A stretch of 64,000 nt of DNA from an uncultured Candidatus Saccharibacteria bacterium (GCA_964567555.1 CAZMNA010000003.1:18882-82881); one strand, 5' to 3'; shown: positions 10,769 to 19,195, counted from the first letter of the stretch. Notes: generated by a model from the letters alone, not told the origin. Numbers and translations are program-made.

Positions 10769-11254
10769 TTAGCTAATCAATTCTTCTAGCTTCGCAAACC
10801 TAACAACTTGCCAAGCCATAGCTTGTGATTCAGTTCTCCGCATGAATTCGCGACTGCTATTTTGGGACAAAATATTCAAACTACCTTCATATAGTATCTT
10901 TCGGTCTATGATAGCTACTTTACGGTGATGTCCTTCAGTGAATATGACCTGTATACCAAGGTGCTGAAGTTGTGATAGTGCTTTTAGGGCATCTAAGCGC
11001 ATAACATCATTATGTTCTTGAGGATCCCTGGTATTTATAGCTACTCTTACTCTCTTTGACTTAGCTCGCTTTAAGGCCGGTAGCAGGCACTTTAGACGTT
11101 TGGAAGTAACAAATGGGCTTTCGATGATTATTTCTGCTCCGGCCTTGTTAATGTCCCGCAAAAGCCTCGGGTAGAATGTATCTTCGTCAAATAACTTTGA
11201 TTCGGATATATCAGATATGCCATTATGAAACCGTTGGAGAAGGCGAGTTATCAT
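10769..11254 (-). CDS. single-HKD phospholipase D-like (nuclease-type) protein
   Basis: HRKVAIID...GSLN; IIIESPF. Confidence 0.85.
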   Translation of the reverse strand: MITRLLQRFHNGISDISESKLFDEDTFYPRLLRDINKAGAEIIIESPFVTSKRLKCLLPALKRAKSKRVRVAINTRDPQEHNDVMRLDALKALSQLQHLGIQVIFTEGHHRKVAIIDRKILYEGSLNILSQNSSREFMRRTESQAMAWQVVRFAKLEELIS

Positions 11255-11344
11255 GACGCCTCCTCGGTTTGGATAGGTTTTAGGAGTTCTTTGATCGCTT
11301 CTATATCTTCTAATTCATCTAAATCAGTGTCATCGAGAGTTATA

Positions 11345-11920
11345 TTAGCGACCAATCTCTCCAGCCAGGTCGCCCGAGGGCGACCTAAGGGCTAAAAAAA
11401 GTTCATTCACGCCTGTAATCTTGTTAATATCTTGGGTTCCAGAAATTATTTCCTGATAAGTAGGCGCTTTGTCGAATATTACGGCGAAATAACCGGCTCT
11501 AGCCAGCGGATTTATCTGTTCTAACAGTAGATATTCCAGGTGTTCCAGAAAATATCTGACGTATTTCATTATTATGCTTAAATCGAGTGGTTGGTTCATC
11601 TGAGTCTTCTCCTTTTGCTCAGTTAAAGTTGCTATTTGATCTTCGGTTTTAATTAGTTCCTCCTCCATGTACTTAATTGCTGTTGCTGAGCTTAAGACCT
11701 TCATCTTATCCATGATTAGACCTGCCGAGAGTCTTTGCTCCTGTATGCGACCTTCTAAATCAACCTCATCTTGTTTAAGCAGAGCCTGGCGCTTATCCCA
11801 TTCCTTGGATACAGCCTGCTCGAATTCATTGATTCGCTCCGGCGCTACACTCAAACTCTTCACAAAGGCTTCTATAGTCTGATTGAAGTCCTTCCGGGGC
11901 ACTCGGAAGTAGTGGCCGCG
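11345..11920 (-). pseudogene. C-terminal remnant of a large serine recombinase (zinc-ribbon end plus coiled coil)
   Basis: Frame extends upstream to (C)RGHYFRVPRKDF; coiled-coil segment; reads into the att-like site; no catalytic domain. Confidence 0.6.
11357..11367 (+). repeat. att-like copy of the tRNA-Gln 3' end
   Basis: CTCTCCAGCCA versus tRNA CTCCCCAGCCA (10/11). Confidence 0.55.
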
Positions 11921-12111
11921 GCAGCCAAAATTGACTCCAGCGCCAACAATACTTCGTTTTGTATTGTAGAGCCCAGCGTATAGCGCTCAGATTTTGGGAA
12001 GTGCTTGAGTTGTTCGTGGAGAAGTTTATATAACTGGTAAAAAGAATGAACAATAGGAATATCGACAGCAGTCCCACCCAGCTTGGTCTTGAACTCGCTG
12101 GTACCGTCCAT
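11921..12111 (-). pseudogene. avd: truncated DGR accessory protein Avd (four-helix bundle)
   Basis: IPIVHSFYQLYKLLHEQLKHFPKSERYTLGSTIQN; similarity stops after ~65 aa. Confidence 0.8.
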
Positions 12112-13089
12112 CAAGCTTTGATTTTAGCATCATTTGATCATATTTCCTCTGTTGATAACCTTTTTTCAGCTTGGCAGAGATTTCGTCGTGGCAAGCAATC
12201 ACGCCCAGACGTTTTGGCCTTTGAGAGGAACCTCGAGGACAACATATTCGGCCTTCAAACAGCCTTGAAAAACCGAAGCTATAGGCATGGAGACTATGAG
12301 CCGTTTACCATCTGCGATCCCAAGCAGCGCCAAATTCATAAAGCCACTGTGCGGGACCGAGTTGTCCACCAATTGCTTGTCTCGGCGATCGAACCGTTAT
12401 TTGATAGACACTTCATATATGACAGCTACTCCTGCCGCAAACATAAGGGTACCCACGCGGCAGTCGACCGGTTGAGGACTTTTCTGCGCAAAGCTAGCAA
12501 CAATAACACCAGGCAGGCTTACGCACTTAAACTGGACGTTCATAAATTCTTCGCCTCGGTCGATCATGACATTCTGACAAAGCTCTTAAAGAAACGGCTC
12601 CAAGACCCGCAAATACTGTGGCTACTCGATAAAGTTATAGAAAGTCACGAAGTTACACCAGGCAAAGGTATGCCGCTGGGCAACCTAACTAGCCAGCTAT
12701 TCGCTAACGTCTATATGCACGAGCTGGATTGGTTCGTCAAAAATCAACTGAAAGCTAAATACTACTTACGCTACTGCGATGATTTTATTATTGTCGATAC
12801 TGACCGCGACAAATTGCTTGGTCTTGTGCATCCATTGAGCGAGTTCCTTAACGAGTGTTTGGGTCTACATATTCACCCCCAAAAGATAAGTTTGCGAAGC
12901 TGGAGCCAAGGAGTGGATTTCCTGGGTTATGTATCCAAGCCACACTGTACTCTATTGCGTACTAAAACCCGAAAACGGATGCTGGCTAAAGTGGATTCTC
13001 ATAACCTGCCATCTTATCTAGGTCTATGTTCGCACGCCGACACATATAGGCTGAAGCGGTTAATTCTCAATAAAACAGCCTCTACTTGA
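12046..13089 (+). CDS. DGR-type reverse transcriptase (start uncertain: 12046 or ~12118)
   Basis: KQRQIHKATVRDRVVH, LKLDVHKFF, GMPLGNLTSQLFAN, YCDD, DFLGY. Confidence 0.93.
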   Translation: MNNRNIDSSPTQLGLELAGTVHQALILASFDHISSVDNLFSAWQRFRRGKQSRPDVLAFERNLEDNIFGLQTALKNRSYRHGDYEPFTICDPKQRQIHKATVRDRVVHQLLVSAIEPLFDRHFIYDSYSCRKHKGTHAAVDRLRTFLRKASNNNTRQAYALKLDVHKFFASVDHDILTKLLKKRLQDPQILWLLDKVIESHEVTPGKGMPLGNLTSQLFANVYMHELDWFVKNQLKAKYYLRYCDDFIIVDTDRDKLLGLVHPLSEFLNECLGLHIHPQKISLRSWSQGVDFLGYVSKPHCTLLRTKTRKRMLAKVDSHNLPSYLGLCSHADTYRLKRLILNKTAST

Positions 13090-13095
13090 GGTATG

Positions 13096-13189
13096 AAAAA
13101 GGGGCGCTAGATCTCACGGCTATAAAACAGCCGAAAAATTTCGCGCCCCTGTGGGGCGGAGGGCCAAGGAACGAATTCCAAGGCCCTCC
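13096..13189 (-). terminator. hairpin cluster downstream of the DGR target (terminator / homing hairpin candidates)
   Basis: GGAGGGCC..GGCCCTCC; CGCCCC-ACA-GGGGCG; GGGGCGC..GCGCCCC followed by T5. Confidence 0.6.
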
Positions 13190-13216
13190 CAGCCCCTAGG
13201 GACCAAAGTCCCAGTC

Positions 13217-14017
13217 CTACAACTCCCTGACCACCGGAACGGCATAGTCGTCGCTGCGGTCGTCGTCCCAGCTGGCACCCAGGCCGACCTCGCGGTCGAT
13301 CCCGTTCCAGTCGAGGATCGGCACGTCCGCCCAAGCCTCGCTGCCGGGAACGTTGGCCTGAAGGCCAGCTGCCCAGGCGCCCGGAATGGTCTCGTAGTCG
13401 ATGGCCGGCGGATACGCGGGGTGAGCCGCGAAGGCCGACAGGACTTGGAGTCCGGCCGAGTCATCGCCACGAACGTCCTTGGGGGCAGAGCCCCGGTTGG
13501 CCGTCATGTCCAGCTCGACCCACTTGACGCTCGGCTCCTTGCCGTAGCGGTCGGGGTTGAGCAGGCGCAGGTGCTCGGCGTCGGACTTGAGCCCGTCGTA
13601 GCGCCAGTAACCGTTGTCGATGATCTTCTGTTCGTGCTTGATCCAACCGGCCAGAGCCTCGAAGGTGGTCGGCAGGTCGCCGAGCCAGACGTCGAGGGTG
13701 AGCAGGTGGTCGAGCGAGCTGACGTGGTCGGTCGGCATCGTCTGCTTGAGCTGATCGAGCAGATCGGTGACCGGCCAGTCCTGGAACCCCGCGTAGTACG
13801 AGAAGCGACCGAGGATCTCCTCCGGTGTGCTGAAGACCTGCGGGACCGGCGGGACCATCAGGGCGTTGAACGCCTGGCGGTCAATCCGACCGGGATCGCC
13901 CTTCATCAGGGCAGTCAGTAGGTCGAAGTTGTCGACGAGCTTCTGCACGTTGTCACGGCTCTCCTTGCGGAGGTTGTCCGTGATTTCGCTGGCCTGAGCC
14001 ATCGTTGAAGCCGACAT
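13217..14017 (-). CDS. DGR target protein with C-terminal variable region (C-type-lectin-like end)
   Basis: Ends DVPILDWNGIDREVGLGASWDDDRSDDYAVPVVREL; variable-looking codons are mostly NNC/NNT; adjacent to RT and avd. Confidence 0.8.
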   Translation of the reverse strand: MSASTMAQASEITDNLRKESRDNVQKLVDNFDLLTALMKGDPGRIDRQAFNALMVPPVPQVFSTPEEILGRFSYYAGFQDWPVTDLLDQLKQTMPTDHVSSLDHLLTLDVWLGDLPTTFEALAGWIKHEQKIIDNGYWRYDGLKSDAEHLRLLNPDRYGKEPSVKWVELDMTANRGSAPKDVRGDDSAGLQVLSAFAAHPAYPPAIDYETIPGAWAAGLQANVPGSEAWADVPILDWNGIDREVGLGASWDDDRSDDYAVPVVREL

Positions 14018-14163
14018 GCGAACTCCTTTGTCCGTGCCGTAGAGCCTACCCGTTATTCCACACCATAGGAGTGTGGCGAGCCAACCCTATTTGAGAACGG
14101 CGCACCAAAACCGAATGCTTCGGTTACAGAGTGCCATTCTCTTGAGAGAGTCGTAAAACCAAT

Positions 14164-14209
14164 TGTTAAAGAACAGGGCTATTATACTATTTTAACTCTC
14201 GTATGTCAA
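14164..14209 (-). promoter_or_regulatory. consensus sigma70 promoter with boxA at the predicted transcript start
   Basis: TTGACA(14209-14204)-17-TATAAT(14186-14181), then TGTTCTTTAACA (14175-14164). Confidence 0.8.
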
Positions 14210-14274
14210 TAAGCTTATGTTAACATTTTCACCTTAAGCGTACAGGCATAGTACCCAGCTGGTAAAATACGTTT

Positions 14275-14538
14275 ATGACAAAGCAAAAATCCATTGATGA
14301 AATAAAATCTGCTTGGAATGACTTCGACAGACCAAAAAACGGTCAAATCTTTCAGCACTATAAAGGCGGAACATATGAGGTCGTCGCGACCGGTTTCCTC
14401 GAAGACACTGAGGCACCTTGTGTAATTTATCGCTCTCTTGAGAAAAATATAGTTTGGGTACGAACCGCCAAGAATTTTTTAGAACAAGTTGAATATAAGG
14501 GCATCACGCAGCCGCGATTTGAGTTAGTTAAAAGATAA
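14275..14538 (+). CDS. DUF1653 family protein
   Basis: FQHYKGGTYEV..E...VIYRSL....WVR...F.E.V......PRF. Confidence 0.85.
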   Translation: MTKQKSIDEIKSAWNDFDRPKNGQIFQHYKGGTYEVVATGFLEDTEAPCVIYRSLEKNIVWVRTAKNFLEQVEYKGITQPRFELVKR

Positions 14539-14734
14539 CTGGCTGAGCATCTCGGTCTAGTACACTTTTGCTCTGTCTCATGAATTATAGCCTAACTCCT
14601 TAAAACGAGACAAATGAGACAGTATAAAGGCTCAAAACCCGGCACCACACGCCCCCCATTGATAAATCTAGGTTTTGTTGTAAAATAATTGCATTGGGAC
14701 TTTATGTCTTGCCCTTCGACAATTCGAAAGAGGT

Positions 14735-15439
14735 GTGAAATTGGACACTACAATTACAGCTCAGCCTCCGACAGGAAAGTTGAGTGCCACCGACAGGTTG
14801 ATCTTCGGAATCATCCTGGGGATCGTCGTCGCGTTCGTCCTCTTTGTCGTTTACCTCGCTGCAGCAACAATCGCTCAGATGTATTACGACGCAGACGGAA
14901 CTCCGACTACGACGTTCTATCAAGCCGACTACATGAGGGCGATGGGGCTTAATGTCAACAAGCCCATTCCGCTCCGGCTTGGCAACCTGGTCAACGGGAC
15001 ATCGGGAACGACAACTTCGACTGTTAGCGGCGGCCTGTTCGGGTTCAGCTCAGTTACATCGCTGGATTTCGGACCGGATCAGCTTCTGAAGATCGGTTTT
15101 CAGCGCTCAGATGGGACTCGATACATCTTCTACTTCTCGATCAAGAAAGTCCGTGTCAGCTACCCGGCGCTTCACGCCGGTCAACATCCGTACATCAAGT
15201 TCACGATCAACAACTCGGCTGTAACTACGCAGTACGACTCGTGGACCCAGGTAAGGGCCAAGAACGCATGGGCATTCCAGGCAGGCGAGTATCGATACTT
15301 CAGACCACCCCTCAGTCATCAGACTGCGGCCTGGAGTGAGATCCAGTCAACTGGCCTGGCGAAGTACCTCGAACGAAGCGTCACTTCAATCGTGCTCGGC
15401 TTGACTCCGAGTCAATACCAGCGCATCTTGAACGGCTAA
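14735..15439 (+). CDS. hypothetical membrane-anchored protein (GC-rich codons)
   Basis: N-terminal TM segment; start may be TTG 14741 after AGAGGT. Confidence 0.7.
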   Translation: MKLDTTITAQPPTGKLSATDRLIFGIILGIVVAFVLFVVYLAAATIAQMYYDADGTPTTTFYQADYMRAMGLNVNKPIPLRLGNLVNGTSGTTTSTVSGGLFGFSSVTSLDFGPDQLLKIGFQRSDGTRYIFYFSIKKVRVSYPALHAGQHPYIKFTINNSAVTTQYDSWTQVRAKNAWAFQAGEYRYFRPPLSHQTAAWSEIQSTGLAKYLERSVTSIVLGLTPSQYQRILNG

Positions 15440-15467
15440 GTGGCTGGAAGACCACAAGGAGGTAACA

Positions 15468-15671
15468 ATGCTGGAAAGAATTGCTCTTTGGTGGGAGCTC
15501 CAGAAGGCGTACAATCTTCGGGCTCGGATTCTCGGTGAATTGAGGCATATACCCCCGGAGAGTCAGTGGAGCGGGCTGGACGACCTCGTACGGCAGCTCA
15601 CTGAAGTGGAGGACTTCATCGTTCTTCACGATCCTTTCTTGGCAAGAAGCACTCGGCTCGCCGAGGCCTGA
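15468..15671 (+). CDS. small hypothetical protein
   Basis: AAGGAGGT SD; same codon style as the upstream gene. Confidence 0.65.
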   Translation: MLERIALWWELQKAYNLRARILGELRHIPPESQWSGLDDLVRQLTEVEDFIVLHDPFLARSTRLAEA

Positions 15672-15736
15672 AAGGGCCGTTGAGGCGCAAGAAACCCAAT
15701 CGTAGACCTAGGCTGGAAGTAGCAGGCCTAGGCACC

Positions 15737-15770
15737 GCGCCCCCCGCGAGGGGGCGCTTTAAATTTCTTA
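15737..15770 (+). terminator. GC hairpin terminator
   Basis: GCGCCCCCC-GCGA-GGGGGCGC then TTTAAATTTCTT. Confidence 0.7.
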
Positions 15771-15870
15771 TAAATTTTGCGCAACAAAAGCCTTCTGTGC
15801 GGTGATTAAAATTAGCGGGATATTCATGCAATTGATGCAACTTACCACCTATGACATGATATGAGAAGCT

Positions 15871-16944
15871 ATGTCCCCGGAAAAAGACGACAGTCAATCT
15901 AGTCCTAACGTAACTGGGTCACCAGAGGACCTTACTGTCGACCAACTGCCAGAGATACTAGGTTTCGTAGAGAGCGAAGAATTGTTAGCCCTCCACGCTC
16001 GCGTAATAGAAGCCATGCCTTCTGGTGATGAAGCTCAAATTAGAGAGCTGATGCTCCAATATTCAGCCGAGGGCGAGAAGGTAGTCGACCAAAAGCAAGG
16101 CGACGATTTCCCTCGCGCTCAGGTAGGCTTCTTGATAGCTAAGGCCCTGCTATGGAAGGAAGCTGGGCGGGAAGATTATTACCCTGAAGATTTAAGCGAT
16201 GCTCTAACTTATGCCGATAACATGGGCTATGAAGACGTAGTGCCGGCACTGGTAGCTGCACTGGCGGAGGCCGAAGGATCGACCGCTGAGTCAGCTAAAT
16301 CACCCGGGATGGATCCGGAGTTTGCCATAAGAGCCGCCGACCCTATCCCCATAGAAAAAGACTTGGTAGAGCGAGCCCTTGAAGCGGGGATAAGAATGAT
16401 TGAATCCCCCGAAGGCTCATCGAGCAAACTTGATCCCTACCATCTGGGTCAATTAGCCCAGGCTTTCGGGTTATTGTCGGCGGGCAAAATAGCTATGCTT
16501 GAGCCATTACATATCTCGGCTATTAATTACGATCCTGCCTCCATGCAGCTAGAGGTTAAAGACACCCTGGAAAGGCCGATGCCGTCTATTCCTATCTTAG
16601 AGGCTGTTGCCGCTCAGAAAACTCTTGAGGGAATAGACAAAGAGGCATCGTATAATAACGTTCGTTTAGCCTTCGCTCTAACGGCATTGGCTCTAAGCGA
16701 GCTATACGAAGATAGACAACACTTGTCTGACAAGGCCGTTTCATCAATCCAAGCCTCCCTGCAAAAAATCCGGGAGCTAACTATACACTGCCCGCTGGCA
16801 AGTATGGCTGAGGGTCTAAGCAAGATTCAGATCGCCGGACTACTCAATGCAATTAATGTGACAATCACCTCAGACCCTATTAAGGCCGCAGTCTGGAAAG
16901 ATAAAGAGCCGCTACGAAAAGCTCTCGAACGTATCAAAAGCTAA
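15871..16944 (+). CDS. hypothetical acidic helical protein
   Basis: 357-aa ORF with no recognised motif. Confidence 0.7.
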   Translation: MSPEKDDSQSSPNVTGSPEDLTVDQLPEILGFVESEELLALHARVIEAMPSGDEAQIRELMLQYSAEGEKVVDQKQGDDFPRAQVGFLIAKALLWKEAGREDYYPEDLSDALTYADNMGYEDVVPALVAALAEAEGSTAESAKSPGMDPEFAIRAADPIPIEKDLVERALEAGIRMIESPEGSSSKLDPYHLGQLAQAFGLLSAGKIAMLEPLHISAINYDPASMQLEVKDTLERPMPSIPILEAVAAQKTLEGIDKEASYNNVRLAFALTALALSELYEDRQHLSDKAVSSIQASLQKIRELTIHCPLASMAEGLSKIQIAGLLNAINVTITSDPIKAAVWKDKEPLRKALERIKS

Positions 16945-17074
16945 AGTACCGTATCCCGCTATTTGCAGTATTTATACATTAGTGTTATAGTAAACTTCTC
17001 TCGTTGAGCGCTTTAGGGTGCTCCGAGCGCCCTTCGCAGTTCAACGAACCCAACCCCAACAGGGAGGTTCGGTC

Positions 17075-17512
17075 ATGGGTATCAGGGTACGCCGCCGCAC
17101 GCTGCTCATCGCCGGACTCGTTTGGGTCGGCGTAGCGCTTCTCGGCGGGATGACGGGTCCCAATCGGGGCTCGGGAGCACTTGTAGGCGTCCTTTTCATC
17201 GCCATCGTCATCTACGCCGGCATGGTGTTGATCGGGTGGACCATCAACAACCCGGACGAGATCGGTCACCGTGTCGCGGTAGCGACGCTGATCACTGGGC
17301 TGGCCTTCGTCGTATACGCGCTCATCGGCCTGCTCGTCGACGGTGCCAACTACCGATTCTTCGGCTTTGCCGGAGTTATCGGAGGCGCGTTCATGTCGGT
17401 CTCCGTTCTGGTGCGCTCGAGGCTGATCCGGATGGCACACGACAATCAGCGAACACCTGCACAGCAACAGCAGGACATCGTCGACATCTACAAACACATC
17501 CGCAAGCCGTGA
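17075..17512 (+). CDS. hypothetical 4-TM membrane protein (GC-rich codons)
   Basis: GGGAGG SD; four hydrophobic segments; long 3' hairpin at 17536-17570. Confidence 0.7.
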   Translation: MGIRVRRRTLLIAGLVWVGVALLGGMTGPNRGSGALVGVLFIAIVIYAGMVLIGWTINNPDEIGHRVAVATLITGLAFVVYALIGLLVDGANYRFFGFAGVIGGAFMSVSVLVRSRLIRMAHDNQRTPAQQQQDIVDIYKHIRKP

Positions 17513-17675
17513 CAACAGAACTGCAAGGGATCAACCGGGCTCGGCGTACGAACCAGTACGTCGGGCCCGGAGCTTCACCCGAGTTCATAAGCAATGCTTG
17601 TGGCCTCAGCCGAGGCGCTCAATAACACTGATTAATAAATGCAAAGCTTAAAAGTATATACTTCTTACGTTGCGT

Positions 17676-17876
17676 TTATTCGGTCTTGTCGTTCAGCTCT
17701 TCGTATAGCTTTTCAATAAGCTCAGGATTCTCATGACTCATGTTGTGGAAGAAGGACTGCAGGTCCTTCAGCATAGCAATGGCTTTTTCGGGTGTAGCAT
17801 TCTCTGGATCGTGAATCTTTAGGTAGCGAATAACACTATCTATATCTTTTTCGTTGATTTCGTAGTCTTTCGCCAT
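17676..17876 (-). CDS. small hypothetical protein
   Basis: 66-aa ORF downstream of the PLD gene. Confidence 0.65.
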   Translation of the reverse strand: MAKDYEINEKDIDSVIRYLKIHDPENATPEKAIAMLKDLQSFFHNMSHENPELIEKLYEELNDKTE

Positions 17877-17889
17877 AATTACTTCTATC

Positions 17890-18372
17890 TTACCAATAAA
17901 ACCGTTTCAACTTTAAAAAACTAATCATTTGCCGAGAAAGTTGCTCCGATTCTATACGTCGCATAACTTCACGGCTATGGCTCTGAGACAATATATTAAG
18001 ACTGCCTTCCCATAAAACCCTTTCATCCAGTATTGCGATTTTCCTGTGGTGATAATCATGGAAGAATTTAACTTTAACTCCTATATTCTTTAGCTCTTTT
18101 CTTGCTTGCCATGCCTGGATGCGCAGTAACCTGTCGTGATGGTTGGGGAAGCGAGTGTTTACCCTCACTACCACCCCTTTCTTAACCAACTTGCGGAGGG
18201 CAGGGGAAAGAGTGCGCAATCTACTTGTCGTGATGTATGGACTTTCAATGATAACCTCCTTCTGGCAAGTCTTTAGGTCTTGCAAAAATGCTCTGTAAAA
18301 TGTTCGTTCATCGAACAGATTCGAGGTAAGTAGGTCAGCAGGTGCGACCTTATGGCGCTTAAGACTTATCAT
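17890..18372 (-). CDS. single-HKD PLD-like protein (paralog of 10769-11254)
   Basis: HRKIAILD...GSLNILSQ; shared LFDE.TFY start. Confidence 0.85.
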   Translation of the reverse strand: MISLKRHKVAPADLLTSNLFDERTFYRAFLQDLKTCQKEVIIESPYITTSRLRTLSPALRKLVKKGVVVRVNTRFPNHHDRLLRIQAWQARKELKNIGVKVKFFHDYHHRKIAILDERVLWEGSLNILSQSHSREVMRRIESEQLSRQMISFLKLKRFYW

Positions 18373-18449
18373 CGTCTACCTCCATCCCCAGAGCCACCAG
18401 TTTCTGGTACATTAAGAGCAGGCTAGGGTATAAGGTGTTCCACCTATGG

Positions 18450-18465
18450 GCGACCATCCCAGCCA
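18450..18465 (+). repeat. second att-like site
   Basis: GCGACCATCCCAGCCA shares GCGACCA..CCAGCCA with 11348-11367 and CCCAGCCA with the tRNA end. Confidence 0.45.
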
Positions 18466-18529
18466 AGCCAAAGGTTGACCGTAGCTATCGGTACCCGTAA
18501 AGTCGTCGAAGCTAGGCCCTAGGAGCCTT

Positions 18530-19195
18530 TTATCTTTTGGCTAGTTCTTCTAGCTTCTCTGGGCTGGGCACGATAATTTTTTTGCCTGTCTTGATAAGTT
18601 TCTCTTTTTTGAGCTTAGCCATGGAAGTCGATACAGTTTCTCGTGTAAGACTCAAGATGTCAGCCAAGTCTTGATGTGTGAATGGCGTCAGGATCTCGGT
18701 GCCGACCGCCCTCCTATAGCCAAACCGCCTAGCATAATATGCCAACTGGTGAGCTAGCCGTTTATATGAGTTTTTCATTGATATGTTTTCTAGCCCCTGG
18801 GTAGCTGATGTCATGCGTTTGCCAGCTTCGCTTAACAGATCTTTATATACGAGTGGGTTTTTATTGGCATACTCAGCCAGTTCCCGAACATCCAAAGCGT
18901 ATACGGTAGCGTCTGTCAGAGCTTCATAATAGTAGGTTTCGTTACTATCGAGTCTCTGGCGTCTATATAGAGCAGTAAAAATTAGCGTCATAGAAAAAAC
19001 ATCGTCTGGGCCATAAATTAAATCGACGCTCAAAGAACCATCGTTTTTTATCAAATACCTTTTTATATAACCCGTCTGTATGAGGTTGAAGGCAGTCGGG
19101 TCCTCAGTGGTCTGGATAATCTGGCCCTTATCATATTTTAATAAGCGGCCCTTGCTCTCCATGAATAAGTGCAACTTACTGTTTCGCTCATTCAC
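18530..19195 (-). CDS. Crp/Fnr family transcriptional regulator
   Basis: cNMP-like beta domain; HTH FTHQDLADILSLTRETVS. Confidence 0.92.
   Translation of the reverse strand: MNERNSKLHLFMESKGRLLKYDKGQIIQTTEDPTAFNLIQTGYIKRYLIKNDGSLSVDLIYGPDDVFSMTLIFTALYRRQRLDSNETYYYEALTDATVYALDVRELAEYANKNPLVYKDLLSEAGKRMTSATQGLENISMKNSYKRLAHQLAYYARRFGYRRAVGTEILTPFTHQDLADILSLTRETVSTSMAKLKKEKLIKTGKKIIVPSPEKLEELAKR

Larger units (their letters stand above)
8504..18465. mobile_element. degenerate tandem genomic island(s) integrated at the tRNA-Gln 3' end
   Basis: tRNA-end-like sequences at 11357-11367 and 18457-18465, recombinase remnant, duplicated PLD genes, DGR cargo. Confidence 0.65.

Noticed and set aside
12046-13089. 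Group II intron or retron RT
   Set aside because: No maturase/X domain or intron ends, and no retron VTG motif; the LGNLTSQ motif plus avd and a VR-bearing target indicate a DGR
13151-13921. 256-aa plus-strand ORF (and similar ones at 16985, 17122, 20817, 25700, 28382)
   Set aside because: Antisense or alternate-frame shadows of GC-rich or conserved genes
14018-14160. Template repeat upstream of the target
   Set aside because: No similarity to the VR and no AAC-rich pattern
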